This document shows positions 33,934 to 43,303 of a stretch of DNA of 64,000 bases, piece after piece. The notes beneath the pieces were generated by a model. It was given only the letters and a program-made list of their open reading frames with translations, was not told the DNA's origin and did not search any database. Where the stretch lies: sequence record OR228459.1; one strand, 5' to 3'. The first letter of the stretch is position 1. Every line of letters begins with the position of its first letter. A program made the position numbers and the translations under genes.

Positions 33934-34905
33934 ATGGCACATTACGGCGTTTATACGTACCCGACTAATAATGAAGTAGCACTTGGCAACTTCAACTTAC
34001 CTTTCAATCAAGAAAAGGTTGTAATTTATCGTGGTGCAAACAATTCATTATCCTTTTCAGTACATAACGCTGATGGTAAGTATACCTTACTACGAGACGA
34101 TGAATATTTAATTTTTGCAATTTTTGATGCTCGAAACAATACAAAGATTTATGATGTATTGCTAGAGAAAATATTACCCTCATGGGTATCTGAAGCTGGT
34201 CAAGCAAGGCCAACATTAAGTAATAAGAAAAAAGTGTATTACGGTTGCGTAGTCCCTGCTGGCGTTATTCAAGATTTAAGCCCCGGTTCGAAGTATCGTT
34301 GGACAATTCACAAAGTTCGTCTAAATGGTGATCTTGTCGAACCAACAGAATTTCTGTATACTGGATTAGGTTTTGAAGCTAGTGCAGAATTGATTATTAG
34401 TGATCAAGCTGCACCGGTATTTGTTGCATCCCAAGAGATTAGTGCGGCGAAGAATTCTTCATGGCTACCGATTGCACACAAATCAGAGCAACCCATTGCA
34501 AATGGGGTAAAAGGGGATTACGAAGTATTACACTCTTCAGCTATACGTGCTGGTTGCCAGTACGGTTTGGTTGAGGGCTTAAGTACTATCGCATTCTATT
34601 TTCAAAACTTTATCGGTCGAATTCAACTTCAAGGTTGTTTGGCTAATAATTCTCCAAATGATAACGAGGAATACAAGTGGTTCATCATTAAGCTAGATGG
34701 AAAAGAGTACATCGAAAGTGGCTGGGATGAACATGGTGCACCAAAATCTATTGATGGAATCCAAGCCTTTAACTTCAAGGGGAATTATATGTGGGTACGT
34801 GCGGTTTGCTGCATCCCGCCGTTAGTACGACACTATGAACCAAACGAGGTGGTCAAGTATTACGAACCGTTGAAGACTGTCCCTAAAATTTTAATCAGAC
34901 GATAA
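33934..34905 (+). CDS. Hypothetical protein, possibly virion structural
   Basis: GAGG RBS; CATAAATA at 33884-33891; beta-rich. Confidence 0.55.
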   Translation: MAHYGVYTYPTNNEVALGNFNLPFNQEKVVIYRGANNSLSFSVHNADGKYTLLRDDEYLIFAIFDARNNTKIYDVLLEKILPSWVSEAGQARPTLSNKKKVYYGCVVPAGVIQDLSPGSKYRWTIHKVRLNGDLVEPTEFLYTGLGFEASAELIISDQAAPVFVASQEISAAKNSSWLPIAHKSEQPIANGVKGDYEVLHSSAIRAGCQYGLVEGLSTIAFYFQNFIGRIQLQGCLANNSPNDNEEYKWFIIKLDGKEYIESGWDEHGAPKSIDGIQAFNFKGNYMWVRAVCCIPPLVRHYEPNEVVKYYEPLKTVPKILIRR

Positions 34906-34907
34906 AG

Positions 34908-34938
34908 TTGGGATGAACCTGAAAAAATGTGATATAAT
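34908..34938 (+). promoter_or_regulatory. Phage-specific promoter (copy 7)
   Basis: TTGGGATGAACCTGAAAAAATGTGATATAAT. Confidence 0.75.
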
Positions 34939-34962
34939 CAACCTATATGCGAGGATGAAATT

Positions 34963-36021
34963 ATGAATCAGGTTCAAATTATTGTGGCAAACTTGATGCA
35001 AGATCCTGTACCAGCAATGGGAGCATGGAAGCATCATAATTGCCCTGCATGTGTATTCAAAGGTCAACCACGCCCTGATACACGTGGACGTGGGAACCAC
35101 GTCTTTAATAATGATGGTGGAATAGGTTATAACTGTTTCAACTGTGGTATTAAAGTAAACTGGCAACCCGGAAGGTATATGAGCAACGATATGGAAACGT
35201 TGCTCATTTCGTATGGTGCGTCAGATAAAGATATTGCCTTTATTAAACTTTTCATTGATGAAATGGTTAAGAGTGGAGAATACGAGGTTGAGGAATCCGC
35301 CTCGAATAAGTTATTCCAGCGAATAACAAAACGCGAGTTACCACCTGATGCAAAGAGTTTTGCAGAGTGGGCGAGTACTCCAGATATTGAACGCTTACAG
35401 CCTAAGTTCATTAGTGTTCTAGAAGCTGTTAATATGCGTAATCCATATCTACTGGACTTAGATATCTACTGGAGTCCATCAAAAGAACATCGTATGTATG
35501 ATAGGTTTATTATACCTTATTATATGCACGGTGAAGTAATAGGTTACACTGCTAGACACAAAGATATGGATAGTGATTATCGCTATGTCAATCAAGTAAG
35601 TACTAGCCTTCTTTATAACTTTGATTTGCTCAATGATGAAAGAATTAAAGTTATATTTGTGGCAGAAGGCCCGATTGATGCTGCCTTAATGTGCGGTGTA
35701 TCTGCCAATAACTATTACCTCACAACTGCTCAAATAGAACTATTGAAAGCAGCACAACAAAGAGGTAAAAAAATAGTTATAGTACCAGACCGTGACAAAG
35801 ATGGTTTGAAAGCGATTGACCAAGCAAAGGAACATGGATTTGCAGTATCGTTCCCTGATTATGGTACAGTCAGACAACCTGACGGAAGGGGAATCCGTCA
35901 CATAAAAGATTTAGATGAAGCATGTGCTAAGTATGGTAGGTTATTCTGTGTGCAGTTAATACACGCTAGCATAGTAGAAGACCCATTTTACATTGAAGTA
36001 CAAAAGGGCAAATGGATTTGA
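34963..36021 (+). CDS. gp61: DNA primase (gp61-like)
   Basis: Zn finger CPAC...YNCFNC; TOPRIM VAEGPIDA and PDRDKDG. Confidence 0.85.
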   Translation: MNQVQIIVANLMQDPVPAMGAWKHHNCPACVFKGQPRPDTRGRGNHVFNNDGGIGYNCFNCGIKVNWQPGRYMSNDMETLLISYGASDKDIAFIKLFIDEMVKSGEYEVEESASNKLFQRITKRELPPDAKSFAEWASTPDIERLQPKFISVLEAVNMRNPYLLDLDIYWSPSKEHRMYDRFIIPYYMHGEVIGYTARHKDMDSDYRYVNQVSTSLLYNFDLLNDERIKVIFVAEGPIDAALMCGVSANNYYLTTAQIELLKAAQQRGKKIVIVPDRDKDGLKAIDQAKEHGFAVSFPDYGTVRQPDGRGIRHIKDLDEACAKYGRLFCVQLIHASIVEDPFYIEVQKGKWI

Positions 36022-36032
36022 GGAAAGAATAA

Positions 36033-37577
36033 ATGGCTTTAGTAAACACGGACGTTAAACAATATGGAATTAACTATCAAGAGTATCTACTTTCACAGGT
36101 TCTAAGCAATCCAGACATTTTTGTACGTTGTAAGGGTATTCTTAAACCTGATTATTTTGATAAGGAATTTCATAGCAGTATTACTTTTGTGCATGAGCAC
36201 TCACAAAAATATAATACCACTCCTACCTTAGATGATATTGAGTTTAAAGGTGGTTATCGTTATCGACATACACCTGTGGATGCATTAGGTGAGCAAGCAG
36301 TACTGGATGATATTGGTCAGTTTTGTCGTCACAAAGCACTAGCTCTAGCAATTCAACAAGGTATGGAATTAGTAAATCAGAAGAAGTATGGTGGAATTGA
36401 AGAACTTATTCGTGAAGCAATGCTAGTAAGTGTTCAAAACGAATTAGGTCTAGACATTTATGAAAACCCAGAAGAAGTAATCCGTTCATTGAATATGAAT
36501 CAAGGTTCATTCAAGACTGGTTGGGAAACATTAGATTTTAAACTATACGGTGGATTCGGTCGTCAAGAACTAGAAATCTTCGCTGCGGCATCAGGTGGTG
36601 GTAAATCTGTAGTACTACAAAACTTAGCAGTTAACTTCTCCAAACAAGGTAAAGTTGGTGCTTATATATCTCTAGAGCTAGCAGAAGAACTTGTTGCAGT
36701 TCGTATCTATTCAATGATGGTGAACAAAGATAACAAGTCTATTAAATCTTCACCCGAAAATGCAAGTATTCAGATTAAACTAGAAGAGAAGACAAATGGT
36801 TCTTTACGTATTCATCGTATGCCAGAATCGGTTACTACCGTAAATGATATTGAAAGTTATCTTCGTGAACTACAAATTAAAACTGGTCTAAAGTTAGATT
36901 ATGTTTGCGTGGACTATCTTGATCTATTAACATCAGACCGTTGTGGCCCAAATGATAAATCTAATGCGTTCGTTAAAGATAAGTTTGTATCAGAAGAATT
37001 ACGTGCACTTGCTATGAAAATGGATATCACAGTCGTCACTGCTTGTCAGTTTAACCGTAGTGGTATTAGTGAAGAGAAGAAAAGCCAATCACAAATCGCT
37101 GGTGGTATTTCTAAAATCTACACAGCAGATAACGTAATCTATATTGAAGCTCGCCGCGAAACTGGTGAAATGTGGTTCGACTTCCAGAAAACTCGTAACA
37201 GTGGTGCAGTAGGATCTCGTCTACGTATGTCATATAATACTGACAGTCTACGTGTACTTGACCATAGCATTACAGTACAGCAAATGGAAATCGATGGTTC
37301 TGGTTTCAAACACTCAGATGGTTCTAACCCTGCGAAAGTAGGTGGTGGAAACGTCACTGGAGCACCCGGAGTGCCACTACAGCAATCTCCAATGCAGATG
37401 CTACATAGTCACTTCCAAAGCTGTCAAGCAGCTTCTACGGCGGCTCCAGATGCCCCTGTACCCCAATCTCCCGGTATTCAAGATACTTCTAAATCATCTA
37501 GTATAAATACTACAAATGACGCTAGCATTAACAATGAAAACATGTTAGCCATCAGGAGTTTATTGAATAGGAAATAA
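36033..37577 (+). CDS. gp41: Replicative DnaB-like helicase (gp41-like)
   Basis: ASGGGKS Walker A, ISLE, CVDYLDL, ACQFNR, KTRNSG. Confidence 0.9.
   Translation: MALVNTDVKQYGINYQEYLLSQVLSNPDIFVRCKGILKPDYFDKEFHSSITFVHEHSQKYNTTPTLDDIEFKGGYRYRHTPVDALGEQAVLDDIGQFCRHKALALAIQQGMELVNQKKYGGIEELIREAMLVSVQNELGLDIYENPEEVIRSLNMNQGSFKTGWETLDFKLYGGFGRQELEIFAAASGGGKSVVLQNLAVNFSKQGKVGAYISLELAEELVAVRIYSMMVNKDNKSIKSSPENASIQIKLEEKTNGSLRIHRMPESVTTVNDIESYLRELQIKTGLKLDYVCVDYLDLLTSDRCGPNDKSNAFVKDKFVSEELRALAMKMDITVVTACQFNRSGISEEKKSQSQIAGGISKIYTADNVIYIEARRETGEMWFDFQKTRNSGAVGSRLRMSYNTDSLRVLDHSITVQQMEIDGSGFKHSDGSNPAKVGGGNVTGAPGVPLQQSPMQMLHSHFQSCQAASTAAPDAPVPQSPGIQDTSKSSSINTTNDASINNENMLAIRSLLNRK
37502..37509 (+). promoter_or_regulatory. 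T4-type late promoter inside the helicase tail
   Basis: TATAAATA about 70 nt before the next gene cluster. Confidence 0.55.
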
Positions 37578-37580
37578 TAC

Positions 37581-37862
37581 ATGTCGAGTGATAAGAAAAC
37601 ACTTCTTGATAGTATCTTTAACTATACGCCAGAAAAAAGTAAATTACAGAATTTTAGTACTAAAGCAGATCATGCGATTAATTCTGTAATTAATTTGCTT
37701 GAGTATATTGATACTGAATTTGGACAAGACGATGCAGACGATCTTAAAAAGCGATTGTTTCTAAGTATTAAAAACAGGGATTATAAAAAATTCCAACGTG
37801 GATTAGATAACATAGCTCTTGATGAAAAACGACAATCCAAGGGAGGACGATTAGATGAGTAA
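37581..37862 (+). CDS. Hypothetical protein
   Basis: 93 aa, AGGA RBS. Confidence 0.6.
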   Translation: MSSDKKTLLDSIFNYTPEKSKLQNFSTKADHAINSVINLLEYIDTEFGQDDADDLKKRLFLSIKNRDYKKFQRGLDNIALDEKRQSKGGRLDE

Positions 37863-38019
37863 GAAACTCAAAGAAAATGCTTCTTCTGGTGCGACGAGTG
37901 CAGGGAGTATTGCATCTGTTAGTACTGGATTACATTTTCCACTAATGAAACGTTTACCGAAGACAATACTCTTTGGTGGCTATACTGAAGTGAATATGGA
38001 GAAAAAAGATAAGAAATGA
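37855..38019 (+). CDS. Unlisted 54-aa protein resembling the mature capsid N-terminus
   Basis: GGAGG RBS; MSKKLKENASSGATSAGSIASVSTGLHFPLMKRLPKTILFGGYTEVNMEKKDKK; fills the gap and overlaps both neighbours. Confidence 0.75.
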   Translation: MSKKLKENASSGATSAGSIASVSTGLHFPLMKRLPKTILFGGYTEVNMEKKDKK

Positions 38020-38417
38020 AACCATACACATTCTACACGATAAACACGATTGTAGATATTGGTGATGGTAGTACTCCCGCAATTATTGATGGAAAGTTTA
38101 CTGGTGCGATGAATCTAACACGGATTGTACAATCTGTGATGGAATATGACTATCCAATGATGGTCAGCATAGTAAGGAATGAAGTTGATTTGTCCAAGGG
38201 TAACAATTCTGATTTCTACGCATTACCTGCATCATGGGGTAAATGTATTGTTAGTACTTTAAAATTTGCATTACCTGTTGATGTGCATATACAATTGACT
38301 GGAATACCATTAGTACTCCCCACTGTAGTTAATAAAACGAGAATCACAAGATTTAATCTAGCATCAAGTACTCGTAATACAAGCATAACTAAACAAACTT
38401 TTTCTATGAGTAAATAA
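38016..38417 (+). CDS. Hypothetical protein
   Basis: Coupled (ATGA overlap) to the 54-aa ORF. Confidence 0.55.
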   Translation: MKPYTFYTINTIVDIGDGSTPAIIDGKFTGAMNLTRIVQSVMEYDYPMMVSIVRNEVDLSKGNNSDFYALPASWGKCIVSTLKFALPVDVHIQLTGIPLVLPTVVNKTRITRFNLASSTRNTSITKQTFSMSK

Positions 38418-38444
38418 CGGAAAGGTTTTCTTTTTGGAGATACA

Positions 38445-39380
38445 ATGGATATTCAACAAACTGCAACGGAATTGCAAAAGTTCGCAGATGCGAATGGTTT
38501 GCAGATGGATGTATCTACAGTTTTAGATAGTATGGATGCAGGGGATTTTGTTGCCCTAAACCAAGCTATGGATAATTCTGATAATCATTCCATTCTTAAA
38601 ATTTTACAAAAATATAAATCTCGTATATTCGAGAGTTATCAATATTTTAGTGGTATGTTACTAACTGAAGATGAAAGTATAAATTTAGTTAATGACATGA
38701 CACCAGATGAATTGATTGAACATTACCGTACTATGGAAGGTATGATTCATGAAGTTGATCACTTAACTTTACAAGAAATTCGCACTTTAGTTTATGAAGA
38801 TTTAACTACACAGTTACGTGCTAATCAGATTGTTGGTCGTAATACTACTACACAGCAACAGCAAGTAAATCCTCAAACACAAGCTAAAGTTAAACAAGCT
38901 AATATTCAGCGTAATGCGAATAATAGTTCGTTTAAAGTTTCAGTACCGGGCAATCAACAAGGTACGCAGGAAATTGAGCCAGTGGTCGGTATTGATCCGG
39001 GGCCAACTCCACAACAAACATTGGTTGTAACCAAAGATCAAAATAAACCTAATGAACTAAGTGTTTATGGTTTAGATGATGTTGAAACTGTACAAAATCA
39101 AGGTACTACCACAATCAGTGAAGAATTATCGCCCCAAGAAGCCAATGATGAAGTAATGGGGCCACCATCTGGTAGAGATAATATTGGTGGAGGCCCAACA
39201 ACCTTTACTAATACTGCTGCTGGTATGGGAGCAATTCGACAAGCGATTGACGATGCTGTATCATCTGAAGTTGAAAATACTGATGGTGAACAAAGTCCAT
39301 TGGGTAATGATGCTACCGAAGCTGGTAATGATATGATTGACCAGATTATTGACTTCTGCACTAGAATGAGAGGTAGATAA
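38445..39380 (+). CDS. Hypothetical, probable head-internal protein
   Basis: GGAG RBS; Gln/Thr-rich linkers; LLTED and ISEE motifs. Confidence 0.55.
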   Translation: MDIQQTATELQKFADANGLQMDVSTVLDSMDAGDFVALNQAMDNSDNHSILKILQKYKSRIFESYQYFSGMLLTEDESINLVNDMTPDELIEHYRTMEGMIHEVDHLTLQEIRTLVYEDLTTQLRANQIVGRNTTTQQQQVNPQTQAKVKQANIQRNANNSSFKVSVPGNQQGTQEIEPVVGIDPGPTPQQTLVVTKDQNKPNELSVYGLDDVETVQNQGTTTISEELSPQEANDEVMGPPSGRDNIGGGPTTFTNTAAGMGAIRQAIDDAVSSEVENTDGEQSPLGNDATEAGNDMIDQIIDFCTRMRGR

Positions 39381-39601
39381 TGAGAATAGCCAAAAGTGAA
39401 TTTGGCGTTTCGGTAATGGTATCTAATGAAGAATATCGTGTTATTCGTAAAATAAAATCATTGGGCCGTGTCAATCGTGACATGGTTCCTGATTACTATC
39501 AGGAAATTGCTGATAAATTAGTATCTCGTGGAGTTCTAAATAGAATAGAAATTGGCGAGAAAGAATACTATGAACCAGTGAGGATAAAGAAAAATGATTG
39601 A
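39380..39601 (+). CDS. Small hypothetical protein (winged-helix-like)
   Basis: 73 aa; IADKLVSRGVLNR. Confidence 0.5.
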   Translation: MRIAKSEFGVSVMVSNEEYRVIRKIKSLGRVNRDMVPDYYQEIADKLVSRGVLNRIEIGEKEYYEPVRIKKND

Positions 39602-40334
39602 TAGAAACGAAGTTAACAACATTATGGATATGCTTGGTTCTCTAGATGAAATCGAAGCAGGAACTAATGCACCCGTAGCGTCACAAGAATCTTTTAATGC
39701 AACTCGTGATCTTCTAAGTGGACTAAATGATATTGGTCTAGCGTATGGTAACTTATTAACACCAGAAAATGCAGTACCAGATCAAATAAGTGAATCTCAA
39801 TTATATGAGAACTATGACGATTTCGAAGCACAAGAAAGATTAAACCACATTTATGGACAAGACCCTAATGGCGTTATTAATTACGAACAGGGTAAACCAC
39901 AAACTAAATCAGTACAACAAACTTTTAAACCAAGTATTGGTTCACCTAAAACTGCATGGTCATTGGTGGAAGAAGTTGCTCCCGGAACAAAGAGTACTAA
40001 AGTCTATAGTATTCAATCCAACCATAGTGGACAAAAGATTATGGATGGTATCATGATGTACGAAGCAGCCTTGACTCTAACTAATCTTCTAAATGAAGGT
40101 CGTAAGATTAATGATACTAAGATGCTAGGCATTATTAGTTCAGGATTGCAGTACACTAATGTTGTAAACGAAGGCATTAAAGCCGCTCGCGAACGACAAA
40201 AAGTACTTAAAGAATCTCGTTATGATGATGCGAAAGACCTTGATATTATTATTGCAGAAAAGAAAGCGGAAGCGTACAAGTTAAAAGAACGAGTACTTAC
40301 CTTTTTGCAAAAAGAAGGTTACATTAGTAAATAA
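39594..40334 (+). CDS. Hypothetical, probable head-associated protein
   Basis: ISESQLYE, LLNEG, VLKES motifs. Confidence 0.55.
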   Translation: MIDRNEVNNIMDMLGSLDEIEAGTNAPVASQESFNATRDLLSGLNDIGLAYGNLLTPENAVPDQISESQLYENYDDFEAQERLNHIYGQDPNGVINYEQGKPQTKSVQQTFKPSIGSPKTAWSLVEEVAPGTKSTKVYSIQSNHSGQKIMDGIMMYEAALTLTNLLNEGRKINDTKMLGIISSGLQYTNVVNEGIKAARERQKVLKESRYDDAKDLDIIIAEKKAEAYKLKERVLTFLQKEGYISK

Positions 40335-40365
40335 ATTAGAATTTAATCTTATAAGGAAATAAGGA

Positions 40366-40986
40366 ATGTCTAAACAATTCAAAAAAATGATGGAAGCCGA
40401 GTCGAAAGCAGAAGCTCTAACTCTTGTTAAACTAACCGAATCTAACATTGAGAAAGCAGAAATTGTACTCGCAGTTAAAGGTGAAATCGTGGATAAACTT
40501 CAACGCCAAGCTGAAGTAATTAACAACATGGGTGTTGACGTACTAGGCCCACTACTTGATCGTATTAAAGCAGAACATGGTATTGAGAGTGCTGATGCAT
40601 TTCGCAATAATATCAGTGGACTACTTGAACAAGCCGTTAAAACTCTAATGGATGTTAAAGACAAGATCAGTACTGAAACTCTAAAACTAACTGGTGATAT
40701 TACTAATGCACCAGACGTTTCTGATATTGGCGGTGAAGATGTATCTCTAGATATTGATACCCCTGATTTTGATTTCGAAGGTGATGCTGAATTCAGCGAT
40801 GATCTAGTAGAACCAGTTCCAGCAGAACGTGAAATGCGTGAAAGTGTTAAACCACGTATTGGGTTAAAACTTGAAAGCAACAAAGGCACTATCGGTACTA
40901 AATTCTTCGAATCTAAGACTGAAGCTAAAAAGTGGCTAACTGAAAACCAAAATAAAGTAAAACGTGTAATTGGTTTCACCAAATAA
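40366..40986 (+). CDS. Hypothetical, probable head-associated protein
   Basis: KLTES, MRES, KLES motifs; strong high-expression codon bias. Confidence 0.55.
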   Translation: MSKQFKKMMEAESKAEALTLVKLTESNIEKAEIVLAVKGEIVDKLQRQAEVINNMGVDVLGPLLDRIKAEHGIESADAFRNNISGLLEQAVKTLMDVKDKISTETLKLTGDITNAPDVSDIGGEDVSLDIDTPDFDFEGDAEFSDDLVEPVPAEREMRESVKPRIGLKLESNKGTIGTKFFESKTEAKKWLTENQNKVKRVIGFTK

Positions 40987-40998
40987 GAGAGGTGCTAA

Positions 40999-41328
40999 AT
41001 GAGATTCAGTGATTTAACTGAAGAAGCACCCGCAAAAGATATTCGCAACATGATTACCAGTGTTGCGTTATCTCTAGTAGCTAGTGGGCGTGAAAATGTT
41101 AGTGTGCAATCTCTAATTGCAGAAATTAAAAAACGTACTAACATTGATGTTCCTTATAATGTTATGATGGATATCTTAAACTCTTTGCCATTTGTACAGG
41201 ATGCCAATTCTGATATGGTACAATTTGCTGGTGCTGATGAAAGCAGTAGTGAAGAGGGTGAAAGCTCAGAAGACATTGTAAGCGATATGGCTACAAAAGC
41301 TGCAACCAGCAGCATGAACCAAAAATAA
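40999..41328 (+). CDS. Hypothetical protein
   Basis: GAGG RBS; MRFSDLTEE N-terminus. Confidence 0.55.
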   Translation: MRFSDLTEEAPAKDIRNMITSVALSLVASGRENVSVQSLIAEIKKRTNIDVPYNVMMDILNSLPFVQDANSDMVQFAGADESSSEEGESSEDIVSDMATKAATSSMNQK

Positions 41329-41359
41329 TTGAGACAAAACAGAATAAATGTGCTATAAT
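41329..41359 (+). promoter_or_regulatory. Phage-specific promoter (copy 8, GAGAC variant)
   Basis: TTGAGACAAAACAGAATAAATGTGCTATAAT. Confidence 0.7.
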
Positions 41360-41372
41360 AGGAGTACAACGG

Positions 41373-42080
41373 ATGTACACACCACCTATGATTGAACGGT
41401 ACACTTATCTCGGTTATGATCGTATCGAAGGCGGCCCAGAAGGTCGCCTTTATGCTACCCCTACCGGGAATCTACCGTCAGTTACTACCATCTTGAGTGC
41501 TACCTCAGATGATGAAGGACTAAAACAGTGGCGAGCATTCGTCGGTGAACAAAAAGCAAATGAAATAACATTGGAAGCAACAACTATCGGTACGTTCATG
41601 CATGAGAATTTAGAACGCCGTTTGATTGGAGAAGAAGATCATTTGGGCGGTATGCCAATTCGAGTGTTAGCTCGTAACATGGCAGACGTTATTCAGCGTG
41701 AAGCATGGCCTAAAATCAATGAAGTATGGGGGCAAGAAGTTCCTTTATTTTATGAAGGTCTTTGGGCTGGAACTACTGACTTAGTAGGAATGCACGATGG
41801 TATACCAACGATAATGGATTACAAAAACTCTCGTAAACCTAAGAAATGGGATAAGATTGAGAACTACAGATTACAGACCGCAGCATATGCATTAGCACAT
41901 AATCAAATGTTCGGTACTGATATACAACGTGGAGTAATCTTTATCTGTGTTCGAGAAGACCCAAACAATCTTCAGTACCAAGAATTCGTAATTGAAGGAC
42001 AGGACTTTGAAGATGCGAAAAAAGGTTGGATTGAAAGAGTAGAGCAATACTATATTATGAGAGGCGATATTACAAAATGA
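41373..42080 (+). CDS. PD-(D/E)XK exonuclease (lambda-exo/Cas4-like fold)
   Basis: LPSVTTILS, GTFMH, E...WAGTTDL...MDYKNS, QTAAYA. Confidence 0.85.
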   Translation: MYTPPMIERYTYLGYDRIEGGPEGRLYATPTGNLPSVTTILSATSDDEGLKQWRAFVGEQKANEITLEATTIGTFMHENLERRLIGEEDHLGGMPIRVLARNMADVIQREAWPKINEVWGQEVPLFYEGLWAGTTDLVGMHDGIPTIMDYKNSRKPKKWDKIENYRLQTAAYALAHNQMFGTDIQRGVIFICVREDPNNLQYQEFVIEGQDFEDAKKGWIERVEQYYIMRGDITK

Positions 42081-42634
42081 ACAGAGCTATGAAAGAAGAT
42101 ATTTTTACAATTAAAGCAATCGAAAGTAAAGGTTATAAAATGGAAGAACTAATTGTTCTATCCGATGAAGAACTTGATGAATTACCAATTTCTCAACGTC
42201 TAATCGATGGCATTAAAACTGTTAAAGCACGTGGAGGAAAAACGGCTGATCAAATCGCAGAAGAGATTGCCGATTTAATGACGAAAGACGTCACTAGTAC
42301 TGAAGAAGTTGATGTTCCTGAAGTCGTTGAAGTTTACGAAACTCTATCTCCAGAACACATTGCTATTCAAGAAGAAATCATTGAAGAAGCTCTTGAAGAA
42401 GAAATTGCTGAAGATGAAGTTCAAATTGTTCGTGTTGAATCTGCACCAGAAGATATTAAAACTGTAGAAGAAGTTCTAGAGACTAAATCTTATAAATCAT
42501 TCCAACCATACATCAAACTACTACAATCTGAAGTTCCTAAAGTTATTTTGGATGCAGTTGATAGTACGCTAATTTCAGAACTAATTGAAAAGCGTATCAC
42601 TGCTGTTAAACAAGCAGCGAAAAAAACTAAATAA
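42077..42634 (+). CDS. Hypothetical acidic protein
   Basis: Glu-rich middle region; strong codon bias. Confidence 0.6.
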   Translation: MNRAMKEDIFTIKAIESKGYKMEELIVLSDEELDELPISQRLIDGIKTVKARGGKTADQIAEEIADLMTKDVTSTEEVDVPEVVEVYETLSPEHIAIQEEIIEEALEEEIAEDEVQIVRVESAPEDIKTVEEVLETKSYKSFQPYIKLLQSEVPKVILDAVDSTLISELIEKRITAVKQAAKKTK

Positions 42635-42662
42635 TCCTATACTATATTAGGAGAATTTAGGT

Positions 42663-43235
42663 ATGGCACAAAAACAAATTGCCTTACAACAAGTACGTTC
42701 GGGTAAACAGCGTGATTTACCCGATGCTCTTGCGAAAGGCCAGATTGGATTCAGTACTGACGTGGGTCGTTTATTCATTGGACTACCGAGTAGTTCAGAA
42801 CCAGCATCATTAGTTGCTGGTCGTAACTGGACTAATGCACCAAACAGCGGGAAAGAAAACGTAGAAATCATTACTGAATTTACACCTTGGGAAATTATTA
42901 ACAGTGTGGTTAATAAACCTAATGTATTAACACTTCCAGCTAACCAAAAAACTACTACAACTATTCGTACATCGTCTCGCGTATTCCTTGAGTATGTTGC
43001 ATACGATAATGATAAATTGTTAGAAACTGGTTCAGTTCAATTGGTAGCAGTTGATACAACGAATGTATTAATCTCTCAACAAAACAACACTAACAAATCT
43101 GATGGTATCGTTGCGATAGATTTTGAACAACCATCATATGACGTAGGTACTAAACGTTTAACTATTACTATTAACAATCGAAGTAGTACCGCAATAACAC
43201 TTGAATTTATTATAAGAGGGTGGGATAAGCAATAA
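42663..43235 (+). CDS. Probable virion protein with tail-fibre-like N-terminal motif
   Basis: LAKGQIGFSTDVGRLFIG resembles Mtd/tail-fibre N-terminal motifs; CTAAATA at 42627-42633. Confidence 0.45.
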   Translation: MAQKQIALQQVRSGKQRDLPDALAKGQIGFSTDVGRLFIGLPSSSEPASLVAGRNWTNAPNSGKENVEIITEFTPWEIINSVVNKPNVLTLPANQKTTTTIRTSSRVFLEYVAYDNDKLLETGSVQLVAVDTTNVLISQQNNTNKSDGIVAIDFEQPSYDVGTKRLTITINNRSSTAITLEFIIRGWDKQ

Positions 43236-43256
43236 AGGCGAATCCCGCCTTTTATT
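43234..43256 (+). terminator. Intrinsic terminator
   Basis: AAAGGCG-AATCC-CGCCTTT followed by TATTT. Confidence 0.7.
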
Positions 43257-43262
43257 TCCCCT

Positions 43263-43270
43263 TATAAATA
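43263..43270 (+). promoter_or_regulatory. T4-type late promoter TATAAATA upstream of nrdA
   Basis: Exact consensus. Confidence 0.55.
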
Positions 43271-43303
43271 TAAAACTGAAAATAATTAACACAAGGAAGT
43301 CAA

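Noticed and set aside
41373-42080. Cas4-like nuclease as a sign of a CRISPR system
   Set aside because: No repeat-spacer array or other cas gene seen, and it lacks the Fe-S cysteines; this is an ordinary phage PD-(D/E)XK exonuclease
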